A stretch of DNA of 64,000 bases from Hydrolagus colliei (lineage: Eukaryota): NCBI GenBank assembly GCA_035084275.1, contig CM068748.1, forward strand, positions 16,430,001 through 16,494,000, written 5' to 3'. Below are positions 1 to 14,021 of this stretch, in pieces. The notes beneath the pieces were generated by a model. The model had not been told where the DNA came from. It made no database searches and saw only the letters and a program-made list of their open reading frames with translations. Position 1 is the first letter of the stretch; each line of letters opens with the position of its first letter. Both the position numbers and the translations under genes were made by a program.

Positions 1-2509
1 TCAATCCCAACACTTTGTCAGTGTTGACTTCATCCTGGCTCTTGCAATCACGTCCAAGCAATCCTACTGCCACTTGGGAGCTTTTCTGCTCCCATCTGTG
101 TCTCCCCAATCTGCTGACTGAGGCCTTGATGCTTGTCGTTTTCTATTGCACAGACCAGCAAAAACACTAATACTGGACCTGATTTTTCGATGCCACCCTT
201 CACCTTGCACAAAGTGCACTCACTGAATTTCCAAAACAATTTTTGCACTCGTCAAGCTGCAGCTCAATTTGTCTCCTCTTCCCCAAACCTCCTCCCCTCG
301 CACATATCAATAGAAATCACAGGGAGAAAATGTATCGCTAATTAAGGGTTGATAAGCTCTACGTCAAGAGCAGTTTGGAAGGTGAGTGTAAATTCCTGCG
401 CCCACGTCTTCTGGTTTTAAATGGAGGCAGCACTTACAGAACAATCAGAACACCAGGGAGGGGTGTGCGGGGAAAAAAGAATGTTCTCCACTGTGAGGCC
501 ATTTACATCAGACAAGTCTAATTAGACAGCAACAAAATTTTATTAATAGGATGGACATTATGGAATGAGCTAGTTATAAATGGGCCCTGTCAAAGCCTTA
601 TTCAGCTACCAAATGAGTATTCTCAGTTCACTGACCACATCTGAAGCATCACCACTGGTGCCAGATAACAAATGATTGCTATTAACCGTATTGTTAGTAA
701 TGATGGCTGAAAACAAACAAAAGCCCATAAATAACAATCTCCGGAAAAATTAACCCATAAACTTGATAGATACCCAGCTGAGAAATAATAAATGACAGTT
801 TGTATCGTGCTGGGAGAGACGGGAGGCTGCTGTTTTCTTCCCTGTCATTAACGCATTTTCAAGCTAAAAAATTAGATTCTGATATATAATTATCAATGTG
901 CTCGGAAATTAATTCTCCCACTGCTTGGCACTCTTCTGCTGATGCCCATTCAGCATTAGTTACAGATTAAAGAGCAACCATCAAACATGTAGCTAAGCAG
1001 ACCGAAGCGACAGACAGTTCTGCCAGTAACCACAACCTGCCCAGTCTTTCATTAGGACGCAAAACAAATTCCTCGTACTAATTTAGTCGTGTCGCAGAGC
1101 AACTCTCCAGCCAGAGCCAGTGCTTCTGCATTGTGAGCTAAGTACCTCCCAGCCCCCAAGCATGAACCCCGAGTCGAATTCACAGAAGCAGAGTGGCATT
1201 TTGCAATGGATACCTTTTCAATAGTTAACTCTGAATAGTGCGGGAAGAAAAAAATCTCTAAGAAGTTAGCATTTATATGAATAACATTTTGTTTTAAAAA
1301 GAGACAATTAAGACTTTTTTTCCCTGTTTAGCAGAGACTTGCAAAAGTGCAGGTGTCGTAAATAAGGGTTGATATACAAATCAGGCAATCGCACACAAAA
1401 TGAAATTGTAATGCGGTTAACTGCACGTATTTGGTGCAATTTTTCTGTTGTATACGGCACTAAGATATTAAATAACCGTAAAATCAGTGAGCAAAAATGA
1501 CTGAATCACCTACCATCCAATTTCCAAGCATTAAACCTAAGCCCTCAAAAAAATGCTATAGTATGTTGAAATAATGTAAAGGAAACCCATAAATTTAAGC
1601 TTTATGTTCTGTGAAGAACAAATATGAAAAAGGCATCAAAATAATGAAAGATTGTTTATGTATTCTGGCATGAAATGGGAACATGTTATGAGAAAGCTAA
1701 GGCAGAGACAAATCGACTGAGCTGACAGGACAGTATTCATCCTGCATGGTACAGCAGACGTCCTGCTTGTGGTGGTCGACAGAGCAATAAATCAAGGGCT
1801 GGCGATGCTGTACCTACAGCTTATTACATCCAAGATGACAAATAAATAATAATCCCTGTCATAGTGGCTCTTTGCTCAAGGATTGAGCCTGAAACCTTTT
1901 GCTCATCACTCCTGATCTTAACTGAAAACACTAGACCTGGGAATTGAAGGCTACGGTTTAGTGAGCTCATGAAACTTAAAAACTGGGCATCAAACAGAGG
2001 CTGGAGGGAAAGGTCATAAAGTACACTACACTCAGCATGCAAGCATTCCACTTTCTGCTAACTACTTCTTACATGAATTACACATTAGACAAACAGAGAA
2101 TCCTATTAAAGTCCACAATGGAATTTGCTAAACCAAGTTCATGTGTGCGGTACGTGTGGAAGAAGGGGGGGGGTGAGTAATGTATTAAGCAACATGGTGT
2201 GCTGATTGATACATTCATACAATGTTACAGGGAGTTCTAAGGTAGACCTTGAAAATCTTTGCTTCCCAGATGTTATAAAACATAATTGAAGGTCAAATAT
2301 TTTTGTAAAACTCTTGAATTGTGATGCTTCGTATTTGAAAAATGAAGGTGCTTGACTTTTAGAAAAAATCCTTGTGAGCACTGCACCACCCACAATTGCG
2401 ACATCTGGTTATAAACTATGTTATAATAAAAACAGGAGCTCCCCTCACCTTGAGTTTAAAAGACACTGCTTCATCACGAGAGTGACTTTCAACATGCTGA
2501 TCCTAAATA

Positions 2510-2641
2510 NNNNNNNNNNNNNNNNNNNNNNNNNNNNNNNNNNNNNNNNNNNNNNNNNNNNNNNNNNNNNNNNNNNNNNNNNNNNNNNNNNNNNNNNNNN
2601 NNNNNNNNNNNNNNNNNNNNNNNNNNNNNNNNNNNNNNNNN
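2510..2641. other. N-run, 132 nt (gap or mask)
   Basis: Counted directly; flanks are unique, non-repetitive sequence. Confidence 0.99.
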
Positions 2642-5600
2642 AGGTACATAGCTGTAAACATCATGAAGAATGTGACAGGAGCCCTGTGCGCTCCTTTAGG
2701 AGTCATATAAGCATTAATCACTGAATCACCAAGCCATGCTTAATTGCAAGTTGTATATCACACAAATCCATGGTAAGAAGGAGGAAACTCATTATTGCTG
2801 CTTCATAACTACTGGGTACTTCTCATTTTAACCTCTACACACCTGGGACAGTTTGCTGCCTGACAATGGGAATGCAGAGTAGGCAATAAACCTCTAATTA
2901 TGCCAATGGTGGTAAGTCTGCTAGTTCTCCGAGTGGCGCCTTAGCATTCTGGGATTGTGGGCTCATTCATTCTGGCAGGAACCGCCTTTGTGAGCAGCAC
3001 ACTCAACGTGAAAAATTGTGTTGGATATTTTTCCCCCCCAGACATTCATTGCCAAAAAGTTAAACACTCAAAACTAACAGTAACAGACCCCAAACCCTTT
3101 CTTCTGCACTGAAAACATGAGAACGTCAGTGCAAGAATGTTATTCTCGTTTCCATTGTGATCCTAGAAGGTTATGGGCAGGATACTAATGAAAGCTGGTT
3201 GATGAATGAGTCACCGATGTTTGCCAGACATTTTTCTCTTAGAAGTGCTCTAAACTGATGTAGCTAGAAGAGAATAAGGAGCATTAAGTCATTATATCAA
3301 TTTTTGTTACCCAGATACTTCAGTTCCAGTTAAGGTTTGACAGCTAGTATAAAACAAGGCAAGGACGTCATACGATCCCATCCATCAAACTCTGTCACAG
3401 ACAGATTGCCTATTACACAAATATAATCAGCAGATTCAGTTTGCAGTTTTATGTTCTCTCATTAAAGGATATCAGGGAAATCCACCATAAATCTCTTAAT
3501 TGCTATCAAATTAATCAAACAAATTTTGCAAAGTAGAGACAATACCTGATTGGCTAAGAGGAGGTGATTGCATGACATGAGCGATTTCAATGCTGGTCAC
3601 AAAGCTGACTTATACAACACCACGATAGGGCAAAGTGCCACAAGCAATTGAATCTGCTGTGGTTCTTTAGTAACTGACAACCATAAAGCATTGCGCAAAT
3701 AGGAGATAATTTATTTGCTATACTTTATTCAATGGCATGAAATACTCTCAGTTTGCATCTAATTAACTCTCAGCTCCAAGCAGTTTGTTTTCCAAATCAG
3801 AATTATGGCTGCAAATGCTCTAGATCACAGAAAGTGCTCCCATATGGGTACTCTACAAATGATGGTAGCTCACTGTGAAAAAGAAAGGCAGTGCACAGCT
3901 ATTCAGAACTCTGGCAAGGTGCAATTAGCAAAAAGGAGCCACGAGCATTACTGTTCAAATGCATTGTAACGTCTCTGACATCCTAGTTGGTCAAGGTTGA
4001 GAAGGCCTGTAGTCTTTCATTTCTGAATGTATCCCCTGATGTCCACCAACATCAAAACTGAACCCATCTAAGAAAAAAAACGCTATGAAATATAAAATAA
4101 GAGATTCATTACAAAACATTGGCTGGAATTGCACTGCAGTTAGTTTGTGCTGCATAAAACAAATTACTTTCAAAAAGTGAATTTACTAAATTTCGCTCAA
4201 ATATTCAGCCTTCAGTTAAAGCAAACAATTGCAAATTAAGACTGTGTGATCTGATGAATAATAAACCTCATTGTTAACAAAATATTGTATTTTGCTAAGG
4301 TCTAATGCACAGACATTGTGAGCCATAAGATTGTTAAAATTGACAAAATTTCAACTCCTAACATTGTACAGCTTCCACACCTAAAACACCATAAATGATT
4401 CAGAAGTTATTTTTTTACACTTGTGGAACAAAAAGATGACAGGCGCTGAGAAATAACATATGATTGCTTGTTCCTCTTAAACCTTTTAGTTGTAACAATT
4501 ACATCACGAATGATGGCTATTACATGTCTTTCTAACTGCTCATTTGAATAAAACAACAGCGTAACGACAGACAAGTACTTCTTAACATTTCAAGTTTTTT
4601 TTTCTCTTGATAAATGCCATTGTGCAGGCAATTAAACCCGTAAGTGTTCAGGCCAATCTCTAGATCTAGAAATCCATTCAAAGTTTTGAAACTACAGTAA
4701 AAAGTTTGTACATTTGCTTCATTATGTTTAGAAAAGCTGTAGACCAGTAAGCAAGTAGTTTTGCAATTGATACATATCTCTTGTTACACGACTTCAACAG
4801 GATAAAAGCCACAGTCACTACACCCAACAGTAACTCCTGCAAAAGAAGCATTGGTGTATTTTTCCAACCTGAAAGGCGCTATAGCAAATGCAAGAAATAT
4901 TATTATTAGTAACTGCATCCGTGGATTTCCATTCCAGCAATGCAAATTAATGTGCTGCCAACCAATCTCAAGTGGTCATAGTGATTTGCCTCTACCACAA
5001 ATAGCTTTTGCTATTCAAGCCCAATTGATAGGTTGCCTTTTGTGGCAATTTGAAGTATAAAGGTTGCACAAATCTCATCCTAAGATTATCCTAAGAAAAT
5101 TACTTAATTTTCAAGAAAAAAAACAAGTACAAATATCTTTAGTTTCTTCTATGTTCTTGCCCAATTCCCATCTCTTTAGGGTGTACTGAATGCCCTCAAG
5201 GAGGAGACTAAGTGAGCCTCACCCCTAATAATCTTTTATAATAACACCCCATTTACTAACCTTATAATCCCTCTCTACCAACCCTAATGTCAATAGGATC
5301 AGAGTATAATTTTGCTGAATTTCATTATTATGATGATTTGTCTTGTCACCAATACAAATCCATTTATTTGTAAATTCTGTCAACCATAGTACAGTACTAT
5401 GTTATTGCAGATACATTGATACCCAGTTAATAATAATTAGACCTCTAGGTTAACTAGAGCCCCTAGGCAAGGTACTGGATGCCACATGTTGACAGTGGAT
5501 CCAGGCTGCAACATGAAGAGATGCCTTCAGGAAAGGAACAAACAAAACTCACATTGATTACACTTGGCTCACGATCACTCTGACAATCCCAGACTGATCA

Positions 5601-7440
5601 TTCACATTCTGAAATATGACAGGGATTGCTGAGTAATCAGAAGCAGTAGCTAATCACCGTTAGTGAGATGCTGACGTGAGCCATTGAAATGAGACTGGTG
5701 CTGGGCATTTGGAATAAGACCAACATGAAGACCCAGAACAGAGTGATGATGCTGGTAGAAAACATAGCAACAAGAGTGATCAGGACAGCTCCAGAAGTGG
5801 GAAAATACAGGATAACAGCTATAGGTGATGAGAATGCACCACAAAAGAGTCATGGGACAATTAACAAGACTGTGATGAACAATTGCATGCTCCAATGATG
5901 AGAACCAGGGACAATTAATATGGGACTGGGTCCAAGAAACTATGAAAACAGAGGAAATGTTCAGAAATCACAGAACAGGGCCTCTGAATTAAGAGTTAAC
6001 CCACACAAAACATGCTAATTTTTCTTATTAATTACCAAACGATGAATCCCCAAATTTTGGTTAAATCTATAAGAGTTGATAGTTATATTAAATTTCAACA
6101 CTAAAAAATGCCAATATGTGAGTAACGAATGGGTTGTCCACATTTCCATATATGTTCTGATTGCCATTTCAGAATGCACACTTCACAGAAACAAAATATT
6201 TATTTTTGTTTTATCTGTGCATCTAAGGGTGTATAATAATCCAATAAATTAACTCAAACTGTGCATTATCAACATATTCCCCAAACACGTTCTGATTTCC
6301 CAAGTCGCTGAGTGACTATTTCCATGGCAGCAGACATAGCACCTGATGTGTATGTTCCACATATGGGAAATTGATGCCATTTAAACAAATATTTGCTGAG
6401 CACCACATATATTTGGATACTACATTTAGGGTACAGGGTCCACATATTGACATTAATCCATTTTTGCTCACGTCTTCCTCCACCCACCCATAATAATGAA
6501 CAGGCACATATTGCAGGGTGAGCATTCAGAGGAATTGTCCACTTTAATTTGTAATTCCCCCCAAAAGCTCAACACACATAAATGCACACATTCCAAGAAA
6601 AAATGAATGACAAATGTTAAATTGTCAGTTAAGTTTGAAAATACAGCAGATGAGAAATGTTCAATGCTTAATACTTAAATGGAACACAATCATCAGACTT
6701 GGTCTTAGTGGCTCCAAATGCCAATTTGATTTCTTTCCGTTCCTTTGCTTAAAGGGTTTGTTAAATGAGCATAATGGAAAAGGTACTCTTTATTCTTCTT
6801 GAGAGGTTGCTAAATGCAACAGTCAAGTGCTCGCTTGTTAACGTATGTGTCAGAGTAATTGTATATGACAAAACTGAAGTCAGATCATAATGGTAAGTCT
6901 CAAGGAAAGAATCTTTAAAAGAAGGTCGTATTGTCTACAAATTTCAGAATTTCCCATCTTTTTGACTAGGTGCTGAGCTGCACCCATCAGGAAATTCAGT
7001 AATTAAGGTGAAAACAGACAAAATCTCTGATGGTTGATGCGATTTATTGTAATGTTGCTTTTCACAGGATTCTGTGCCTTGATGTGACAATACCCCAGAA
7101 GAAAGGCTTTATCTTTTTTTAAAAAAAACAAATTTTTCCCAACAAAGGACTTTTATCAAAGAATGCAAAAATCAAACACAGAAATGAAACAAGAAAGAAA
7201 ATAAGCAATGAAATAAGACCAGCTGGCATCTTGTCGTAACACATGGATGTTGCAATACAAAGCTGCGGTCAATTGGCAGAACACATGAGTAGTGACAACT
7301 ACTATGATGATCGTCAACAGACTTTTATCTTGCCCAAAAGAAGGGTTTTCTTTAGCTTTGCTTGCTTGTGTATGTTGAGAGGACTCAAAACCCTGGGTCA
7401 GAGGATATGCATTGGGGCTTAAATCCATAAGCTAACACTC

Positions 7441-7640
7441 CAACAAAACAAAATGACACTTGTATTGCACCTTTCACGTCAGGAGGACGTCCCAAGGTGT
7501 TGGACAGTTATTGTTTCAGACCTGAGCTGGGAACAGGGAGGGTGAAAGAAAAGGGGAGGATTTGGAGTAGTGGGGGGTGGGGGGGTGGCGGGCAGTGAGG
7601 CGGAGGGACTGTTGGATGGAGTTCCAGAGGTTAGGGCAGG
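7441..7640 (-). mobile_element. L2 LINE 3' end fragment
   Basis: Reverse complement of the tail seen at 51600-51693 and 14370-14432 (GACGTGAAAGG...TTTTGTTG); includes the WNS-encoding motif (gagttccaga on + strand). Confidence 0.75.
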
Positions 7641-7945
7641 GAATTCATTGTCAGAGGTGCAAAAATTGGACTATTAAGTGCCGTCTACCTGTTCAGGTGT
7701 AAGTTCAGGATCCCATGATGCTATATGAAAAAGAAGAAAGATTTTCCTTGGCGAAAATTCCTCCTGCCTCAGTTCCTTACAAAAAGTCAGAATACTTGAC
7801 AGTCTTTACCTGTGAAGAATCATCCGTTCTGCATGAAAAAATATACATTTCCCAGTACAGCCGGAATCCTTTAACCTCTGTGCACTGCACTTTTTCCTTT
7901 AACATTTCTGCTGTTATTATTATATGCATTAAAGAAACATGAATA

Positions 7946-8926
7946 CAGGTACCCCGCTCCAACCGCAGCATCGTCAACCGCGAAACTCACGCATCCACGG
8001 TTTGCTAATTGTAACAACCCTTGCTTATCCACGGATTTTAACACTAACACTAGTGTTAGCGCTAAGACCCAGTTGCATCAACCAGCCTCGATGTCGCTTT
8101 GCACCAGCATATAATGCTAGGACCTAGTTGTGATGTTGCAATCAATCAACGACAACGCTTCTCTCTTTGGATTAAGATAAATAACATGAATTTATTGTCG
8201 CTTCTCTGCATCCTTCTTTCTCTGTGTATAACTGTATCTCTCTCTGACTCACCTTCTCTCTATTTCACCTTCTCTTCTCCCCTACCCCCTCCACCCCCTC
8301 TTCGCTCTTTCATCTTCTCTCCATTTCACCTTCTCTTCCCCCCACCCCCCCTTCTCTCTCACCTTCTCTCTCACCTTCTCTCTCTGACTCACCTTCTCTT
8401 CCTCCCAACCACACCGTCCCCCACCCACTTCTCTCTCACCTTCTCTCTATTTCACCTTATCTTCCCCCTCTCACCCCCTCCCCCTCTCTCTGTCTGTATC
8501 AGTCAGTCAGACAGCCTCCCCAGCCCTCCGTGTCACCCCCCACCTCTACCCCCCCACCCCCCCCCCCCCCCCCACCCACCCCACCCTCCATGTCTCTCTC
8601 TCTCTCTGTGTAGATCAGTCAGACAGTCAGACAGCCTCACGGATTGCTGCAGATCCTGGCAGCCAATGCACCCAAACTTACTCCCTCTAACCCCATGTAT
8701 GTTATAACTGTATGTGTTTTTTTTGCGTTTAGTTCTACGAAACGCGAAATTACTTCCCCTATCCCCATATTTCCCATAGGGCCCTGCATTTTCCAACCAC
8801 GGAAAAAGCAAACATACTCTCCCTATCTCCATGTTTCCCATTGGGCCCTGCATTTTCCAACCGCGATTTTATCAACCGCGGAGGTTTAGAGGAACGTATC
8901 CCCCCACGGTTGGGGAGGGATACGTG
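7946..8926. mobile_element. Non-autonomous Tc1/mariner (Tigger/pogo-like) DNA transposon, 981 bp
   Basis: TA at 7944-7945 and 8927-8928; imperfect TIRs CAGGTACCCCGCTCCAACCGC vs CACGTATCCCTCCCCAACCGT (16/21); repeated subterminal CAACCGCG/CCACGG motifs; right end GGAACGTATCCCCC resembles Tigger2/MER8-type ends; no transposase. Confidence 0.85.
8200..8640. repeat. CT/C-rich low-complexity tract (CACCTTCTCT units, poly-C) inside the DNA transposon
   Basis: Direct reading; explains the Pro/Leu/Ser-rich 202-aa ORF. Confidence 0.9.
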
Positions 8927-8929
8927 TAT

Positions 8930-9150
8930 TTTCTTCTGATTATCCTGGTTTATATTCCCCTCATCCAAATTTATCTTAATTTAAATTCAAATAAATGGCT
9001 ACTCATCTTATTATTGTTTATGGGATTTTGCTGGCACAGTTCAGCAGCCAATGTACAACCTTAACTCAATTTCCAATCAATATTACTTTGTAAAGCACTT
9101 CAAGACCTTTATGTTTACATGAACAATGCTATATAATTACAAGTTATTAG
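8930..9150 (+). mobile_element. Old DeuSINE-like 3' fragment with L2-type tail
   Basis: tcctgg..tatattcccctca, ttgtttatgggattttgctg, taaagcactt...tgctatataattacaagtt resemble Deu-domain 3' half and tail. Confidence 0.5.
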
Positions 9151-10619
9151 TATTTTCATACCCTATACTGTAATCAGTTTGAAATATTTGATAACAAAAT
9201 GAAACAATTCCATGCTAACCTATTCTAAGCAAATTTCTATTCTATTATACAATTATCATTTATATAACACATTTCACATTGGGAGTTTGTCCCATGGCAC
9301 TGGCTGGTTGAAGGTTTGCATCTGAGCTGGGAGGTCAATGGGTTGTAGCCCTGTACACCAGTCTTATGTGAGCTAAAGGAACGCAACACTTCTAATGTGC
9401 AAAGTCACACTGTTTATTAAGACATGAAGCAATAAGGAGGACATAAAAATAAATCTGTGAATCTCCAACATTTGTTTACCTATTCTTGTTGCTACACATC
9501 ACGATCAATCTGCACATGCATGCAGAGTAATTGAACTGAGGAGTGATAGACATTGAAAGGTAAAGAATAGGAACTATAATCACATGCCTCAAGCTTCAGG
9601 CTAAGACTTAGCCCACTGACTACTGCCTGGCAAGGGTGCAAACCTCTTGAGGCCTGGATTTGGCATAAAATGGGCAAATTCTTCTAGCAAGACCTCACAC
9701 AGTTGTAGATTTCCCTGTCAGATTAACAGACAGAGTAATTTCCCTTCAGCTAGATCTGCAGTGTCTAACAGACAGCAATTAAATCACAAAAACCTGCAGA
9801 TCACATCTACAAAGTTTAGGTCAAAATAGTGTTTTGTGACAGTAAACTGTAATAAGAACACATTTAATCAATCAAAATGATGCATCTGACGAGCTCAGCA
9901 ACATTTTAGCACTGAAGACAGACATTTATGACCATTAGATTCACAATGTACTAAAAGGTTGGTCCAGTCAGACCAAGAGTTCTTCTGAAAGAACATGTTG
10001 ATCATTAGGTCATGATTACAACCAATATAAGATGCGTTAGAGCAAAGTTGCTCTTAAACCAAACTGCATGGGCATATTTTTGTTCTGCTGTCAGTTCACA
10101 GTTAATGTGCAATGTGTTGAGTTTAATTTGCTGTTCTTCATTAGCACCACTTATATCCCTTGTTCATGGAACATGTTAATTCTGAAGCAAGTTTGAAACC
10201 CCATTTACCCTCCAGCTATACCCTGGCATTTGTTACTCATTTGCAGCTCACGCATTTTAAACAGAATCATTCTAAGCTTGATAAAATCAACGCAGAACTT
10301 CCCACCCAGTTTTAAAAAAATGTACTTGACATGAAAAAAGCAGGAGATTTACACTCATTTAGTTTGAATAAACACAAAGCATGAATCTCCTGCCAGTTGG
10401 CGAGGTAAGCAAACTCTCACTGCATGTATCACAGTGATAATTTAATACCGAGAGCAGAAATACGAATAAGGAAACTGTAAGGGCTGCATTTTTACATTTA
10501 GTTGCACCCCATCAGGCAAAAGTGCTCAAAACAAAGAAAGTTCCCAAAGTTCACATTCCAGATTGAGGCAGTAAAACTCACTGGAGCCCCCAAGAATAAC
10601 CTTATGATACAATATGTTA

Positions 10620-10795
10620 CAATTAACATTTATATACAGTAGTGCATTTCATGTCAGGAGAATGTCAAGGCACTTGACACAGCTGACTGGGGACCCAAGC
10701 TTGTGGTGGTGGTGGGGGAGGGGGGGGGGGGGGGGGGGGGGAAGGTAAACAATAATATGATCAAAGTTGTAGGCCTTAAAATGTTTGCAATGGAG
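10620..10795 (-). mobile_element. L2 3' tail remnant containing poly-G (10721-10741)
   Basis: tttcatgtcaggagaatgtcaaggcacttgaca resembles the reverse-complement L2 tail at 7470-7505. Confidence 0.5.
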
Positions 10796-11514
10796 ATGCC
10801 TGTTTGAACCATCAGGTTGCTGACAGTGCTAACTCCTCCACTGGAGTTTATCTACGCTAAATGAGCTTCCCTACTCTTTCTTTATATTTGTTATTGTTTT
10901 TCTTTCAAGTATTTATCCAATTGACTGCTGTGGACTTGGCTTCAACAGAATTTGTACATGGGCAAAGTGGCCACCATTCCCAAAAGGAATGTTTGTTTCA
11001 CATGCAAGTTACACATACTCCAAAATACCCAGACGGAAACACCTGCATCAAATTATCTTTCAAACCACCTAAAAGTTCTTAGAATGGAGCCTTGCTCTCT
11101 GTCTGCCTGCTATGTACTTCCATGTAAAGTATCACTTCATCCTGCTCCACATTTTCTCCAGTCCAATTTAATTTTTATTTGTTTCAAACGCTTCCCTTCA
11201 CTGGGCACAATCAGTCAAAAAACTGGAATGGCCACAAAAGTGTAGGATAGGTACAACCATGATATTACAGATGTCCAACACTCTGAGTAAACACAAACAC
11301 ACACACGTCTTCATTGTTGCTCCAATTTTGTTAGTCAGCCAGGTGTCTGACACATGAGGAAAACCATCATCATGCTCAGGTGTATCCAAACCCAATTTAG
11401 AAATAATCTTATCCCTGGCTCCCTATCCCAATTGGTTCTAATCAAGTTCGACTGGAGTTGTTATGTTCTATGCCAGTTAATGCAGACCTGCTGCTTGTCG
11501 TCAGTGCAACTAGC

Positions 11515-11742
11515 AGTGGCTGTGCTTTCAACCACTATGCCCCCTAATCTCTGGAACTCCTAGCTTCAATCACTCCATCTTACCCCCTCGTTATCATTTA
11601 AATTGCACCCGAAGACCTTCCTCTTCAACTGCATCTATGGTCACTTCCCTTTTCTCCCTTCCTTGCCATTCAACCTGCCACTGTACAACATTCCAAGTTG
11701 CTATCCTGTGCGAAGGATGCAAAACAAATACAAGTTGTTATT
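11515..11742 (+). mobile_element. L2 ORF2 C-terminus/3'UTR remnant
   Basis: gctttca..ctctggaactcc (AF..LWNS), aagaccttcctcttcaac (KTFLFN), tail aaatacaagttgtt. Confidence 0.7.
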
Positions 11743-13110
11743 AAATAAGCCAAAACAATTGTTGTGCTAGTTTTGTTATAAAACCACAAATATTTTTCTG
11801 CACATTGTAAATTTTGCAGTATGAAGTTTGAGTTTGTCCATAAATCAATACTGATTGGAAGCCTTGAGGATCCTGGATGTGAATCAAGGTGTCCTTTTGG
11901 ATCCAACTAATTTCTGAATAGAAAGAAAACAAAATACAATCATAATCTCTTTCCAAGCACATTAAAGATTGTGATGAAAAAGTCAATTTGGTATATTTCA
12001 TCTGATTCTTCCAGAATGCACATCAGAGCATCAAACATTTTTCTTTGAAAAAATGAGTCCAGCGGCCTGGTCTCAACCATCCTTCCTAGTGACCTGCTCT
12101 TGTCGTTGATATATCAAATGCTAGATTATTATTGTTACCTTTTGTTGAGGATATACCTCCTGAATTGAAATACCTACTGATTTGCCAATATAAGCGAGAA
12201 TTCTATTTACTTATTTATTCATGTCTCACACTGCTTTGTGAGTAATGAGTCAACTGATGCCCCAAGATCTTTCAGCTTCCCCCTTTGCAAGTTTTATCCT
12301 ATGCATGGAATATATGTTTCCTATTCTTCCCATATTCAATACCTTGTATTTATCTTTATCAAACTTAATTTGCCATTCATCAGCGCATGTATACATCTGT
12401 CAAGCTCTCTTTCTCAGTAAACTGGTTTACAGATTAATACTGAATTTAAGAATTCTCCACATCATTGTGTGAATTTACATTTCAATCAAGATGGTCTTAC
12501 AGGCTGAGAAACTCAGGGTATTTCAGGCCATGGATGCGGGAAATCTTACTTCTGATGAGCCCACACCTTAATAATCTCAGGAGAAGAATGGCTACTTGGA
12601 TGATGGGAAATCGGACAATTCCTGCCACCAATGAAGTTGTGTGAATCTCTTGAGAAGTTTGGAAGAAAAAAGCAACCTTAGAAAATTGTACAATTTCACA
12701 ATTCGGCACAATTTAAAACGTCATAAAAGCTGCTTCTAACATGCTTTGAATTCTTATGTTTACCTCTTATTTACTATAAGTTGGCTGCAGTTGGTAATTA
12801 ATTTGAAACTCGTACATAGATATATTAAACCAAAATGTGAACCTGTACTTTGCCAAGGTTGAATAAGTCAAATGGAAAATCCTTCTCAATATTTCACACA
12901 TTTCCCTGTTAATTCTCGCAGTTTTTGGACATGCACCTAACTTTTTAGTTGTCATGTGTACTCTCAAGAACATAACCAGCATTGAAAAAATATTTGTGCA
13001 TTTCAAAGCGAACAATCAGATCCATTGTGTGCAGGGCTGGGAGCATTGGAGTTCAACTTGGCATAAATATGAACCCTGCTGGAGCATTCAGTGAAAAGAA
13101 ACATAGAAAA

Positions 13111-13210
13111 GAAACAACAACTTGCATTTAAGAAGCACTTTTCATGCTGGATAGGATCTTAACAGTGTTGTACAGTGATGAGGTTGGACACCAACTAAGA
13201 CATAAGCATG
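13111..13210 (-). mobile_element. L2/SINE 3' tail remnant
   Basis: aacaacaacttgcattta..gcacttttcatg is the reverse complement of the shared tail. Confidence 0.55.
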
Positions 13211-13840
13211 GTACCAAATGAATACCCTTTACAGCAATCATAATGTTCACAAAGCGGATTGCCAGAGGACCATTACAAAGGTGTATGGGACCAAAGTATG
13301 CTCTCGAACATAATGTTTGTGAAAAATAATCCTACACATACAACCAAACCCCACTTCAATGAGAAATAATACATACTTCAGTGTAGTAATTAATTCCCCT
13401 CAGCAAAACAAAAAACTTGAAAAGTGTTTTTCTTGTGTCCAATACATTTCATAATAATAGAAAAAAGTGCCAGGATCCCATCGCAGTGAGTAATCTAGAC
13501 GGGTCTTCAAGAAATTTGAGATGAATAACAAAAGACACATGATGCTGAGGATGCAAATATACAAATATACATGTTCTCATGTCAGAATGTACCATTGTAT
13601 GTTAGATGGGCCACAAAGGCTCACAATAGTAATCCAGTACTGTACCTTGAAAGTTCACTCAGTGAACATTTTTACTAATTTTACTAATTTTACTCAATTT
13701 ACTCAGTCCATAATTCTCACTCTTCAAGAGATATCAGATATTATTTTCCAACAGATATTTTGAGATTATCCAATTTCTAGACATCCCATATACCTAGTTT
13801 TACCTATAATTATAGTGGCTAGCACTTAGTCTGTTTATGA

Positions 13841-13930
13841 TAATAGCAATAATCCTCCTTCCATTTGATATAGCACCTTAGATGTCATTGAGATGTCTCA
13901 AAGCGCTTCACCGAATATACTATAAAGTCA
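13841..13930 (-). mobile_element. SINE 3' tail (SINE2-1_CM-like)
   Basis: catttgatatagcacc...gatgtctcaaagcgcttcac matches the tail of the copies at 40160 and 59100. Confidence 0.75.
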
Positions 13931-14010
13931 ATGGTTAGGCGGTTAAGGCGGTGGACATGGAGCAGACCTGAGTCTGCTGAATGGAGGGCAGGCTGATAAG
14001 GTGATAGTTC
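13927..14010 (-). mobile_element. Short L2 ORF2 fragment, inverted relative to the adjacent copy
   Basis: Reverse complement aligns to 14068-14157 (core ttcagcagactcagg identical). Confidence 0.8.
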
Positions 14011-14021
14011 GCACTTGTTCG

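Noticed and set aside
40-60. Minus-strand peptide LGRDC reminiscent of LRMDA
   Set aside because: Five-residue coincidence with no flanking similarity or splice sites
8099-8707. 202-aa ORF, the longest N-free ORF
   Set aside because: Product of the CT/C-rich low-complexity interior of the DNA transposon; no domain
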